Shown piece after piece: positions 1 to 12,700 of a stretch of DNA of 64,000 nucleotides (the stretch's first letter is position 1; every line of letters starts with the position of its first letter). A program made the translations under genes and the position numbers. Origin of the DNA: Octopus sinensis. Taxonomy: Eukaryota. The stretch lies in assembly GCF_006345805.1 (NCBI RefSeq), contig NC_042997.1, positions 189,162,001-189,226,000 on the forward strand, given 5' to 3'. Under the pieces are notes generated by a model. That model saw nothing but the letters and a program-made list of their open reading frames with translations. It had not been told where the DNA came from and did not search any database.

Positions 1-164
1 CTAGAATTATTATAAAGTTAATCTAGCACCTTTTTACTTTAATATTTAAAAAAGAATCATGTTGAATACTGAATGTTGCTTTTATGAAATTAGCAGAAAG
101 CACAAATCTACTTGGTTTCTCTAAGGAATTAAGAACTATATCAGTTTATTCTCGACATAATCTC

Positions 165-421
<257 letters not shown>

Positions 422-795
422 ACAAACCATTCCACGAAAAGTGATCACGCACTTCCTCGGCTCCCGGAGACAACCACGAAATTTATAGCTGCTGGTTGAC
501 GATATACATATATTAAGAATTTGTATCATATTACTACAGGATTTACATTAAGTTCTAATGATTTACAAAGCATTTTAATTACTTTTATTTATTTGAAAAT
601 TAACGAAGCAGCAACCACCAAGGAAAATGAAAGAAAAAAATATAAGTAAAACAAATTTTCCATATATCTCAATTTGATGATTTTTTTTTATTGGTGGAAA
701 AAAGTTTATTTTTTATTTGGGCACACTACATTTTAATAACGAGTCCAATCAACGCCTTAGAAACCAAGAGACGGCAATTTTTCAATTTTTATAAT

Positions 796-1218
796 GAAGT
801 GGAGTGGCTGTGTGGTAAGTAGATTGCTTACGAACCACATAGTTCCGGGTTCAGTCCCATTGCGTGGCACCTTGGGCAAGTGTTTTCTACTCAAGCCTCG
901 GGCCGACCAAAGCCTTGTGAGTGGATTTGGTAGACGGAAACTGAAAGAAGCTCGTCGTATATATGTATATATGTGTGTATGTGTGTATATGTGTGTATAT
1001 GTTTGTATGTCTCTGTTTGTCCTCCCCCACCACCAGCATCGTTTGAGAACCGATGGTGGTGTGTTTACGTCCTCATAACTTAGCGGTTCGGCAAAAGAGA
1101 CCGATAGAATAAGTGCTAGGCTTACAAAGAATAAGTCCTGGGGTCGATTTGCCCGACTAAAGGCGGTGCTCCAGCATGGCCGCAGTCAAATGACTGAAAC
1201 AAGTAAAAGAGTAGAAGA
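796..1218 (+). mobile_element. SINE family A, full length, with internal microsatellite
   Basis: tRNA-like head, CORE-like segment, internal (TA/TG)n, and 3' tail ending GGCCGCAGTCAAATGACTGAAACAAGTAAAAGA; at least 8 homologous copies in the window. Confidence 0.88.
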
Positions 1219-1561
1219 GTGTTTCAAATTGACTGCCATACTTGGTTTAAAATTTAAGTCGTGTAAGATATGTTATAGTACTGCAAGAGAACATAATACA
1301 TTCACCCCACCCCCCACACGCGCACACACACGTAACCTTCGGCAATGCACAGCTCGAAACCACTTCCTTTTATTAAATAATTTTAAATGAGAACTATTTT
1401 TTGTTGAGTAATTCTTATTTTTACCTTTCGAGGTCGCATTAGTATTTTAATTGCATTTTACCAGCATCATTTCATCATTTACTGATGTAATCCATGGATC
1501 TCGAATACGTCATGTTGACTCTTAAACAAATACATGGTTTACCCCTAAATTTAACTATTTA

Positions 1562-1797
1562 CCTATTTCTTTACTACCCACAAGGGGCTAAACACAGAGG
1601 CGACAAACAAGGACAGACATAGGTATTAAGTCGATTACATTGACCCCAGTGCGTAACTGGTACTTATTTAATTGACCCCGAAAGGATGAAAGGCAAAGTC
1701 GACCTCGGCGGAATTTGAACTCAGAACGTAAAGGCAGACGAAATACTGCTACGGATTTCGCCCGGCGTGCTAACGATTCTACCAGCTCGCAGCCTTA
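1562..1797 (-). mobile_element. tRNA-derived SINE family B with 17-bp target-site duplication
   Basis: Minus strand reads GCGAGCTGGTAGAATCGTTAGCACGCCGGGCG..GTCGACTTTGCCTTTCATCCTTTCGGGGTC; direct repeat AATTTAACTATTTACCT flanks both ends (~1548 and ~1802). Confidence 0.88.
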
Positions 1798-2545
1798 ACT
1801 TAATTTAACTATTTACCTCAGTATGAAACAACGAGGAAGCCTCTAAGTCCTTCGACTTGTTAGAAGTAACTGCAAAAACTTCTTCAAACAATACCTTACC
1901 TTTTTAAAAAGGAAACGTCACATTGAACAATATAGTTCGAGATCTGTTACAAGAATGGTGTGCCGATCATAACTGAAATGTTTTTGATTATAAGGCTAGT
2001 CCACGAGAAACAACTCTGGATCACACAACAACTTACCTCAATGTAGCCCTGGTGCAGAATTTAAAGAATACCGGAAGCTTAAATGGCTACATCGCTCCAA
2101 CACAACTCAAATTTATCACAGAATCACCAGCAAATTTTCTGTTCAGAAGAGCTTCTTAGAGGTTCCATCCAAAGTAGGCTACATGATGATCTCTATTCTG
2201 TAGCAGATGCACTGATGAGATTTTCGGTAGGTATTGATTAGTCTGAGAAGTTAGTATGTGATTGATTAGGCTCTTAATCTGTAAAAGATCAATGTCTTCT
2301 GTTTGCACAACGCTTGGTAGAACATAATTTGATTGGACTTTCTGTAGATCTTTTCATATGTATCATTTATGATTATTGAGATGCTTCGCAAGGAAGGTGC
2401 AGTCAACCTATATGCTTTTTAGCCAATAGCTGTTTATCAAAGGAAATATATTTGCCATCTTCAAAACTGAAGTAATTTTCTTAAATCATGATTTATGTTA
2501 AGCTCGGTTTAATATTTATAAAGATGTTCATTCTAGTAAGAATAC

Positions 2546-2779
2546 CTATTTCTTTACTACCCACAAGGGGCTAAACACGGAGGGGACAAACAAGGACAGA
2601 CAAACGGATTAAGTCGATTACATCGACCCCAGTGTGTAACTGGTACTTAATTTATCGACCCTGAAAGGATGAAAGGCAAAGTCGACCTCGGCGGAATTTG
2701 AACTCAGAACGTAATGGCAGACGAAATACAGTTACGCATTTCGCCCGGCGTGCTAACGATTCTGCCAGCTCGCCGCCCT
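2546..2779 (-). mobile_element. SINE family B with 18-bp target-site duplication
   Basis: Near-consensus copy; CATTCTAGTAAGAATACC at 2529-2546 and 2780-2797. Confidence 0.9.
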
Positions 2780-3482
2780 CATTCTAGTAAGAATACCAAT
2801 CAGTTAAAATTAAATATCACTTGCGTTTAATTTAGGGATGAAAGTATTGAATTTTGTACTCCACTACCAAAAAAAGAAATACAAAAACGTGGCAGATATT
2901 ATAACAGAACAGCAGTATATGGCTTGAAAAAAATATGAAAAGTGAGGTAGATCTCAGCGGAATTTGAACTTAGAAAGGAACGTAACGGATTACCACAAAG
3001 ACTTTAATCCTCTAATTTAACGTTTCTGCCAGTTTCCGCTTCTATCGCCAGAAATGCTCATCTACACTCTTATATATTCATATTCTAAATTAAATTAATC
3101 TTCTAATTTAACGCTATAGATTCATATTCTAAATTAAAGATCTGGAAACTACCCCAAGTGAATCCCTTCAGAAACGTTTAAGCCAATTTTTTTGCTGACA
3201 TGTAAATGACTTAATCTTTGCTTACTTTTCTGAAAGTAAAACTGGCTCAGATTTCGTTGTCTCCTCGAGATAGTTGGACGAATCTAAACTCAATGTAGTG
3301 TAGTTTCAATTTAAAAATTCAGATGCACACTCATAATCCTATGAATGAAAATCAGTAAGAATTCTTCTAAAGTTTATGTTTCATATTTCGCAGAGATGCG
3401 GTTTATACATTTTTCTGTCATCTGGAAAAAAATTGTCCTTTAAAAAGACTTAAGGAACAAAAGAAAAATGAAAACATACAAA

Positions 3483-4122
<640 letters not shown>

Positions 4123-5627
4123 CTGGAACGAGATAACGAGTAGGGTGGTCACTCTCGCCCGGCAATGGGCCGAGAGGAAACTGTCCCTAAAAGGTCGGGC
4201 GGAAGTGGCGAACACGTACATCGCGTCCATCATCTACTACCGCCTGACCGTCGTACCTTGTCCCGACCCTACCATCACCAAACTAGAACGCATTCTCTTT
4301 CGCTTCTTGTGGAAAGGATGCATCCCGATGGCCAGGCGATCCATTTGTTGTCAACACCCGTTAAAAGGAGGACTGAGCATGCCGTGGCTGATGATGCGCA
4401 GACACGCGCTGAGACTGCGACATCTCCAGCTCTGTGTAGACGACGGTGAACAGGAGTGGTCGCCGTTTGTGAGGCACGCTTTCCCGCAGCTCCTCTCCAT
4501 GACCGAAATGCAGTCGTGGATCAAAAAGAGGCCGAGGAAGGGCGAATGGTACCGCGAGTGTCGCCTTGCTCTCAAGCAACTATGCCGTCCCGGGTCGACC
4601 TTGAGTGACTTCAACACAACCAAAGCATTCTATAGGGGATTAGTGGAGGGGAGGTACGACGACGATCTTGGGGCGAACCTGGACGTCGACGAGGAATACC
4701 GGACCCGCCTGTTTGAGACGACTTTCGGGCCGGGACCTATGGACAACTTCCAGAGATCCCTGGCCTGGCAGTGCTACCGAGAAGCGCTACCCGTTCGGGC
4801 TAAGCTCTATAGGCATGGCTCGAGAAACTCGAGGCCGACCTGCCAGAGATGCGGTCAGAGCGACGAAACCGTTCTGCACGCAATCGTGCAGTATCCAACA
4901 ATCTGTGTCCTGTGGGCTTATGTCGAACGACTGCTGTCACGTGTGGGACGAGTCGGTTTATCAGCCGAGTCTATCGTTAATATCGTCACGCCTCCTTCCT
5001 TCAAACGGGAAGGAAGAGCTATTTTTATCATACTTGTGGCTATGGCGAAAGAATGTATCTGGTGGACGCGCCTGAAAGGATTAGAGACAAACACTTTCCT
5101 CTCTGGTCAATCTCTCATCAACTTCTTCAAGTATCACTTGAAAAGGAAAGTGAAAGTAGAGAGGCAAGTTTTGTCTAGTGAATGTTTAAAAAAAAGATGG
5201 GTGAATGTAGCAAGGATGGCACGTATGAATGGCGAAGCCACCTTGACTATGATCCTATGAACCGAAAAAATTAATACAGAGAGTTGCTTATTTGTCAAAA
5301 AATATAACATGTGACTTCATTGACCGAGGTTACCGTGGTCTTTTCCGAAGGCTTTTCTTTCCACGGGTAAACCTCACCAGTCCTCCCCTTTACACTTTAC
5401 ATTGACATTTCTGTGATAACGATCCCTATTGATCGATTTTTTCTTTTTCCTTTGTTCTTTTTCTTTTTCTTTTTCTTTCTTTTTTTTCTTTTGCTTTTCT
5501 CTTTCTTTCCATTTACGATCCCTTTTGATCGAAAACCAATCCACCTTTTTTTTATCTCCAAAAAGAAAGGCTCTACCTTGTAATTTGTCCCATCTGTGTT
5601 CAGCCCTGTGTGGCTAATAAAGAAACA
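4123..5627 (+). mobile_element. Tx1/L1-clade non-LTR retrotransposon, 5'-truncated (ORF2 C-terminus plus 3' UTR)
   Basis: ORF2 C-terminal region followed by a ~365-bp 3' UTR ending AATAAAGAAACA, then TATCT(CT)n. Confidence 0.9.
4124..5260 (+). CDS. Partial ORF2 of the Tx1-like element: post-RT region and zf-RVT-type zinc-binding domain, ~378 codons, no stops, no start codon
   Basis: Motifs [36 protein letters not shown] and [23 protein letters not shown] are typical of the L1/Tx1 ORF2 C-terminus. The final Cys of the CCHC-like motif reads Tyr. The N-terminal residues of track ORF 3989..5260 are translated microsatellite. Confidence 0.8.
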   Translation, partial: WNEITSRVVTLARQWAERKLSLKGRAEVANTYIASIIYYRLTVVPCPDPTITKLERILFRFLWKGCIPMARRSICCQHPLKGGLSMPWLMMRRHALRLRHLQLCVDDGEQEWSPFVRHAFPQLLSMTEMQSWIKKRPRKGEWYRECRLALKQLCRPGSTLSDFNTTKAFYRGLVEGRYDDDLGANLDVDEEYRTRLFETTFGPGPMDNFQRSLAWQCYREALPVRAKLYRHGSRNSRPTCQRCGQSDETVLHAIVQYPTICVLWAYVERLLSRVGRVGLSAESIVNIVTPPSFKREGRAIFIILVAMAKECIWWTRLKGLETNTFLSGQSLINFFKYHLKRKVKVERQVLSSECLKKRWVNVARMARMNGEATLTMIL

Positions 5628-5669
<42 letters not shown>

Positions 5670-5844
5670 CCTGTATAACTGCGCGTTCACACTCAATTTA
5701 AATTGAATAAAGAGAAGTTGGCACAAAGCAGGTACAAGTTGGTACAACAATAGTAAAATAGTGACACAGTAATTATTTAATGCAGCTACATTCTCGATAA
5801 AGTGTTGGAATGATGCAGTCAAAATACTAGCATAATAATCTTTT

Positions 5845-6003
5845 CTACTGTAGGCACAAGGCCCGAAATTTTGGTGGAAGGGCCAGTCGATTAGATCGAC
5901 TTCAGTAAGCAACTGATACTTAATTTATCGACTCCAAAAGGATGAAAGGCAAAGTCAACCTCGGCGGAATTTGAAATCAGAACGTAACGGCAGACGAAAT
6001 ACC
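5845..6003 (-). mobile_element. SINE family B, alternative 3' tail, 5'-truncated
   Basis: Core GGATGAAAGGCAAAGTCAACCTCGGCGGAATTTGAA with the tail variant AGGCACAAGGCCCGAAATTTTGG. Confidence 0.8.
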
Positions 6004-6163
6004 TATTTTTTACGATTTTTTTACTGCTGTGTCGCTAATTTTCGGTGTATTTCAACCAGAAAAATGTTCACTTAAAGAGAATAACAAGCAAACTTTTTAC
6101 GTTTAAAAAATTCCAATTCCAAAGGGTCGAAACAAACCCGAGCAACGTCGGGCTACACTGATA

Positions 6164-6202
<39 letters not shown>

Positions 6203-6208
<6 letters not shown>

Positions 6209-6651
6209 TATAATAAGGGATGACCACTAAGTGGACATCCAATATGCTAGAAGAAGATCATCTACAATCTAACCACAAAGAAAAGAATGTTCTCTAGAGA
6301 AATTCAGCAAACACCAGAACATAAGCGAGTAAGACAGATGAAAATATACAAAATACAGAATTAATCGTAGAATTTATGAGGGCAACTCGTGTATAGTTCT
6401 GTAAATTATATTGAATTGGAACGATCGTACTGAAGAGTCCACGATGATGATTATGTAAGTAAAATCGTTAATGACGAAATCGGTCTACGATTAATTCTGT
6501 ATTTTGTATATTTTCATCTATCTTACCCGCTTATGTTCTGGTGTTTGCTGAATTTCTCGAGAGAACATTCTTTTCTTTGTGGTTAGATCGTAGGTGATCT
6601 TCTTCTAGCATACTGTATGTCCACTTAGTGGTCATCATTATTATACGCATG
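6203..6651. repeat. Foldback element with ~170-bp inverted arms and ~110-bp spacer, next to (TA)n
   Basis: ATGCGTATAATAA..GATGACCACTAAGTGGACAT..AATTAATCGTAGA (6203-~6372) is the reverse complement of ~6485-6651 with few mismatches; a related short segment occurs at ~41915. Confidence 0.85.
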
Positions 6652-7799
6652 TATTACAATTTTTCTGAATTTTCAGATTTTTCTATATGCTAGGCTACTG
6701 GTTTTAAATTGATGTTAATTAAATTAATATTCAATTTACCACCCTCATTATTTAAATATATATATATATATCGTCCAGAAGGAAGACCAAAAGTTATCGA
6801 AACACAATGACCTCGAAATTAAAATAGGAGTAAAAATAGCCTTAGTGATAAATTGGTGTACTGGGTACGGTAAAAAAAGTACATGTAAACAACAACAACC
6901 TTAAACGTTTTACCAGGACTCAGAATTTTAGATAAATATGTAGTCATCAAATATGTAGTTACTGCAGCATATATTCTACGCAAGATACTATTAATTAAAT
7001 AGTACAACTTATGCAATCATCTGATAAAATCTTTCACTACAACCAACAAAAATACAACAAAACTAATCCTCACAACACAGCAAGCTGCATCTAATATTTT
7101 TCAACTCGTGGCAATGAGATGGTGGGGACGGGTGAGACGCCTATATGGTAGGTCGACTTGCAAGAAATACAACAAAATTTTTCTCAGATCATACCCTACC
7201 GTCTGAGATAATAGGAAGACATATTAGATACTGTAATTTTGCTCACCCTTAAAAGAAGGGTTGATTTTAGTTGAATTTCTTCTGATCGTTAGTTATAGCT
7301 GTCACGAGATTAGATAAACAACAACATCAACAACAACAGTAGCAGCAGCAGCAGCAGCAACAACAACAACTTTCCTCTTTCATAAAACAATACCACAAAA
7401 CCTTCGGGAACGCATTGTTGTTGCCGTTGTTGTTTAGCTATATAGATCTGCCTTGATCGAGGAGGCCTATGATCAAAGGCATTTTAGCCGTGGTCATCTC
7501 ATGTTATCATTTTTGTATGTACCAGTAAACCAGGTTCACATGTAATGTATCTTTTTCTAAAAAGATAGAGGTATGATCTGAGGAAAAAATTGGCTGCTAT
7601 TTCCAGTAGATCGAACGACCACGAAGAGAGTTCTTCATTGACTCGACATATGGCGATCTAATAGTGCATTCATAATCTCGAATGAATCTATTGAAAGCAC
7701 ATAATTATAATGATAATCCTGGTTTCTAATTTAGGCACACTGGTACATATTTTTAGGAGACAAAATTATTTCTGTACCAAAAATAAGACATGCGCGCGT

Positions 7800-7853
<54 letters not shown>

Positions 7854-8201
7854 AAAAATTTGTGTATGCATGTATCTATCTGTGTACAGGTATTGTTTGC
7901 TTACTGTCAACAAGCATCTGAATTCTTCAGTGGCAACTAGTTTGTGATCGACGTATTTTATTCCGCAAAATACAATACTATTTTTCCCTTGAATTTATGA
8001 TTTTAAAGCAAGGTAAGAAATTCTTCATATTTTGCATCTTTAGCATTTTGACTTTACAGTTTGAATTGTAGAATTGTCTATCCAATCGAAATATTGCAAT
8101 AGCTAACTGTAAAATATAGAATTAAAAAAACGCTTTTTCGACTGTTTTCACGTCTTTGAGAACTTTCACGTCTGTTTTTCAAAAATATATAATTTGAAAT
8201 A

Positions 8202-8761
8202 TTGGATTGTTCGGAAAGTTCGTGCTGAATTTTAAAGGAAAGAAAAAGGTCAATAAATACTTGCCATCACATTTTTAATCAAACAAATATGAACCATTTT
8301 GTTGCACAATGCGTCTCCATCTTTCCTTTAACTTGAAAATACCCTCTTCCAGAATTGAGAAGGATTCATGGCAAAGAATTCATCAAGGTATCTTTTTGCG
8401 TCATCCAAGGAATTGAAATTTTTACCATTAAGACTATTCTGTAGAGACCTGAATAAGTGGAAATCCGGAGGAGCAATATCTGGTGAATATCTGGGTTAAC
8501 ACGTCCCAGCCGAGCTGCAGCAATTTTTGCCTGGTTCCCAAAGCATCAAGTGCCGAAAATGAACTTTCTTATCTTCCATTTTAAAGGGTTACAGAATTAA
8601 CACAGGTTATAGGAACATAAACCTTCTTCCACGAAAAGATAGCTTAAGCTGTTCTCTAAATGGATGTGTAGTCAAATCCTATTTTATAGACTCAACCATG
8701 TTCTAAAATAAGTCGAAATTTAAGCTACTATAAATCGGCACGAACTTCCCGGACAACCCAA
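8202..8761 (-). mobile_element. Mariner (mellifera-subfamily-like) internally deleted non-autonomous element
   Basis: TIRs TTGGATTGTTCGGAAAGTTCGTG / CACGAACTTCCCGGACAACCCAA with TA flanks; minus strand encodes MEDKKVHFRH joined to a transposase C-terminus (..RQKLLQLGWDV..YSPDIAPPDFHLFRSLQNSLNGKNF). Confidence 0.9.
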
Positions 8762-9154
8762 TAGTTTGCTTTTGTTTTGGACTGTAAATGTTTTGTAATC
8801 TTATGTTCTTGAATAAACTTCTTCGCATACAAAAGCTGAGACAACTATACTTCACAGTTGTTATTTTGAAATGCTTATCTTCTGATATTTGTGAGTCCAT
8901 CGAATTTATATTCAACCCTATTACATGTTGGTCTTCCTAAACATGAAATTATTCTATAGTTCCAGCCCTAAATAAATTTAACTTGTACTTTTAAAGATGT
9001 TCTTTAGGATAACAAGAAATATTGAACTTCAGATAGAATAAAGTAAAATATAGCTATGAATAAAAGGTGCGTAGATTATGAATTTTGATTGAAGAGATGG
9101 GGCCTCGAAACAATAAGTTGCAGGGGGCCTCTAAAAGTCATGCGACGGCCCTGG

Positions 9155-9264
9155 GTAGTCATGATGGGTATACTGGGCTTCATGTATTCGTACCTTAGTG
9201 TCGTTCAGCTGGCATGCGCTGCTCTCTCTCTCATTCAATAATAATAATAATAATAATAATGATG

Positions 9265-9297
<33 letters not shown>

Positions 9298-9345
9298 GTA
9301 AAAACAATAATAATAATGATGACCATCATCATCATCAACATCGAT
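9155..9345 (+). mobile_element. 3' end of an (AAT)n-tailed retroposon plus its tail
   Basis: GGGTAGTCATGATGGGTATACTGGGCTTC..GCTCTCTCTCTCATTCAATAATAAT matches the 3' end of the 54241-54850 element. Confidence 0.7.
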
Positions 9346-9724
9346 TATTATCATCATCAACATTACAAGAACGTCAGCTTATGTTTAAAATCAAAACAGT
9401 TTTATTTGTACCAAGTCTATCGTGAAGATCAATCCATTGCTTTCCTTTGGGTAGCCTTCCTCTGCCTGCTAACTATGCTGAGGAAAGCTGTGTGATGGTC
9501 ACCGTTGAAACGGGCCTACTCTAATAATGCAGCCATATAGGGAGAAGTCACTTGTGTTTGTTGTATATGGGTTGTTAGGGTATCTAGATCGCACTATTTC
9601 AATTTAGGGATCCTTTCTTGCAAATATGTTGCTTTGTTTTGTTATTTCTACTTTTTGCTTTTATTGTTATTGTTGACTTCAACATCCCCCCTGATAAAAA
9701 TCCCACTGTTCCTTGTTTTCTTCT

Positions 9725-12700
9725 TTTGTAATTCTCTTTGCTACTCTCCTTAACATTGAGCCCTTTGTGATTAACATTGAGCCTTTTGTGATTAACATTG
9801 AGCCTTTTGTAATTCTCTTTGCTACTCTCCTTAACATTGAGCCCTTTGTAATTAACATTGAGCCTTTTGTGATTAACATTGAGCCCTTTGTGATTAACAT
9901 TGAGCCTTTTGTGATTAACATTGAGCCTTTTGTAATTCTCATTGATACTCTCCTTAAAATTGAGCCTTTTGTGATTAACATTGAGCCTTTTGTAATTCTA
10001 TTTGATACTCTCCTTAACATTGAGCCTTTTGTAATTCTCGTTGTTACTCTCCTTAACATTGAGCCTTTTGTAATTCTCATTGCTACTCTCCTTAACATTG
10101 AGCCTTTTGTAAATCTCTTTGCTACTCTCCTTAACATTGAGCCTTTTGTAATTCTCATTGCTACTCTCCTTAACATTGAGCCTTTTGTAATTCTCATTGC
10201 TACTCTCCTTAACATTGAGCCTTTTGTAATTCTCATTGCTACTCTCCTTAACATTGAGCCTTTTGTAATTCTCATTGCTACTCTCCTTAACATTGAGCCT
10301 TTTGTAATTCTCATTGCTACTCTCCTTAACATTGAGCCTTTTGTAATTCTCATTGCTACTCTCTTTAACACTGAGCCTTTTGTAATTCTCATTGCTACTC
10401 TCCTTAACATTGAGCCTTTTGTAATTCTCTTTGCTACTCTCCTTAACATTGAGCCTTTTGTAATTCTCATTGCTACTCTCCTTAACATTGAGCCTTTTGT
10501 AATTCTCTTTGCTACTCTCCTTAACATTGAGCCTTTTGTAATTCTCATTGCAACTCTCCTTAACATTGAGCCTTTTGTAATTCTCATTGCTACTCTCCTT
10601 AACATTGAGCCTTTTGTAATTCTCTTTGCTACTCTCCTTAACATTGAGCCTTTTGTAATTCTCTTTGATACTCTCCTTAACATGAGCCTTTTGTAATTCT
10701 CTTTGCTATTCTCCTTAACATTGAGCCATTTGTAATTCTCTTTGCTACTCTCCTCAATATTGAGCCTTTTGTAATTCTCTTTGCTACTCTCCTTAACATT
10801 GAGCCTTTTGTAATTCTCATTGATACTCTCCTTAACATTGAGCCTTTTGTAATTCCCATTGATACTCTCCTTAACATTGAGCCTTTTGTAATTCTCTTTG
10901 CTACTCTCCTTAACATTGAGCCTTTTTTAATTAAAATTGAGCCTTTTGTAATTCTCATTGATACCCCCTTAATATTGAGCCTTTTGTAATTCTCTTTGCT
11001 ACTCTCCTTAACATTGAGCCTTTTGTAATTCTCTTTGATACTCTCCTTAACATTGAGCCTTTTGTAATTCTCTTTGCTACTCTCCTTAACATTGAGCCTT
11101 TTGTAATTCTCATTGATACTCTCCTTAACATTGAGCCTTTTGTAATTCTCCTTGCTACTCTCCTTAACATTGAGCCTTTTGTAATTCTCATTGCTACTCT
11201 CCTTAACATTGAGCCTTTTGTAATTCTCTTTGCTACTCTCCTTAACATTGAGCCTTTTGTAATTAAAATTGAGCCTTTTGTAATTCTCTTTGATACTCTC
11301 CTTAACATTGAGCCTTTTGTAATTCTCTTTGCTACTCTCCTTAATATTGAGCCTTCTGTAATTCTCTTCGCTACTCTCCTTAACATGAGCCTTTTGTAAT
11401 TCTCTTTGCTACTCTCCTAACATTGAGCCTTTTGTAATTCTCTTTGCTACTCTCCTTAACATTGAGCCTTTTGTAATTCTCATTGCTACTCTCCTTAATA
11501 TTGAGCCTTTTGTAATTCTCTTTGCTACTCTCCTTAACATTGAGCCTTTTGTAATTCTCTTTGATACTCTCCTTAACATTGAGCCTTTTGTAATTCTCTT
11601 TGCTACTCTCCTTAACATTGAGCCTTTTGTAATTCTCATTGATACTCCCTTAACATTGAGCCTTTTGTAATTCTCCTTGCTACTCTCCTTAACATTGAGC
11701 CTTTTGTAATTCTCATTGCTACTCTCCTTAACATTGAGCCTTTTGTAATTCTCTTTGCTACTCTCTTAACATTGAGCCTTTTGTAATTAAAATTGAGCCT
11801 TTTGTAATTCTCTTTGATACTCTCCTTAACATTGAGCCTTTTGTAATTCTCTTTGCTACTCTCCTTAATATTGAGCCTTCTGTAATTCTCTTCGCTACTC
11901 TCCTTAACATGAGCCTTTTGTAATTCTCTTTGCTACTCTCCTAACATTGAGCCTTTTGTAATTCTCTTTGCTACTCTCCTTAACATTGAGCCTTTTGTAA
12001 TTCTCATTGCTACTCTCCTTAATATTGAGCCTTTTGTAATTCTCTTTGCTACTCTCCTTAACATTGAGCCTTTTGTAATTCTCTTTGATACTCTCCTTAA
12101 CATGAGCCTTTTGTAATTCTCTTTGCTACTCTCCTTAACATTGAGCCTTTTGTGATTAACATTGAGCCTTTTGTAATTCTCTTTGCTACTCTCCTTAATA
12201 TTGAGCCTTTTGTAATTCTCTTTGCTACTCTCCTTAACATTGAGCCTTTTGTAATTCTCTTTGCTACTCTCCTTAATATTGAGCCTTTTGTAATTCTCTT
12301 TGCTACTCTCCTTAACATTGAGCCTTTTGTAATTCTCATTGCTACTCTCCTTAACATTGAGCCTTTTGTAATTCTCTTTGCTACTCTCCTTAACATTGAG
12401 CCTTTTGTAATTCTCATTGCTACTCTCCTTAACATTGAGCCTTTTGTAATTCTCTTTGCTACTCTCCTTAACATAGAGCCTTTTGTAATTCTCTTTGCTA
12501 CTCTCCTTAACATTGAGCCTTTTGTAATTCTCTTTGCTACTCTCCTTAACATTGAGCCTTTTGTGATTAACATTGAGCCTTTTGTAATTCTCTTTGCTAC
12601 TCTCCTTAACATTGAGCCTTTTGTAATTCTAATTGATACTCTCCTTAATATTGAGCCTTTTGTAATTCTCTTTGCTACTCTCCTTAACATTGAGCCTTTT

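Noticed and set aside
9095-9155. Possible hAT-like terminus (CAGGGCCGTCGC on the minus strand with GAGGCCCC subterminal repeats)
   Set aside because: No matching second TIR or TSD could be located.
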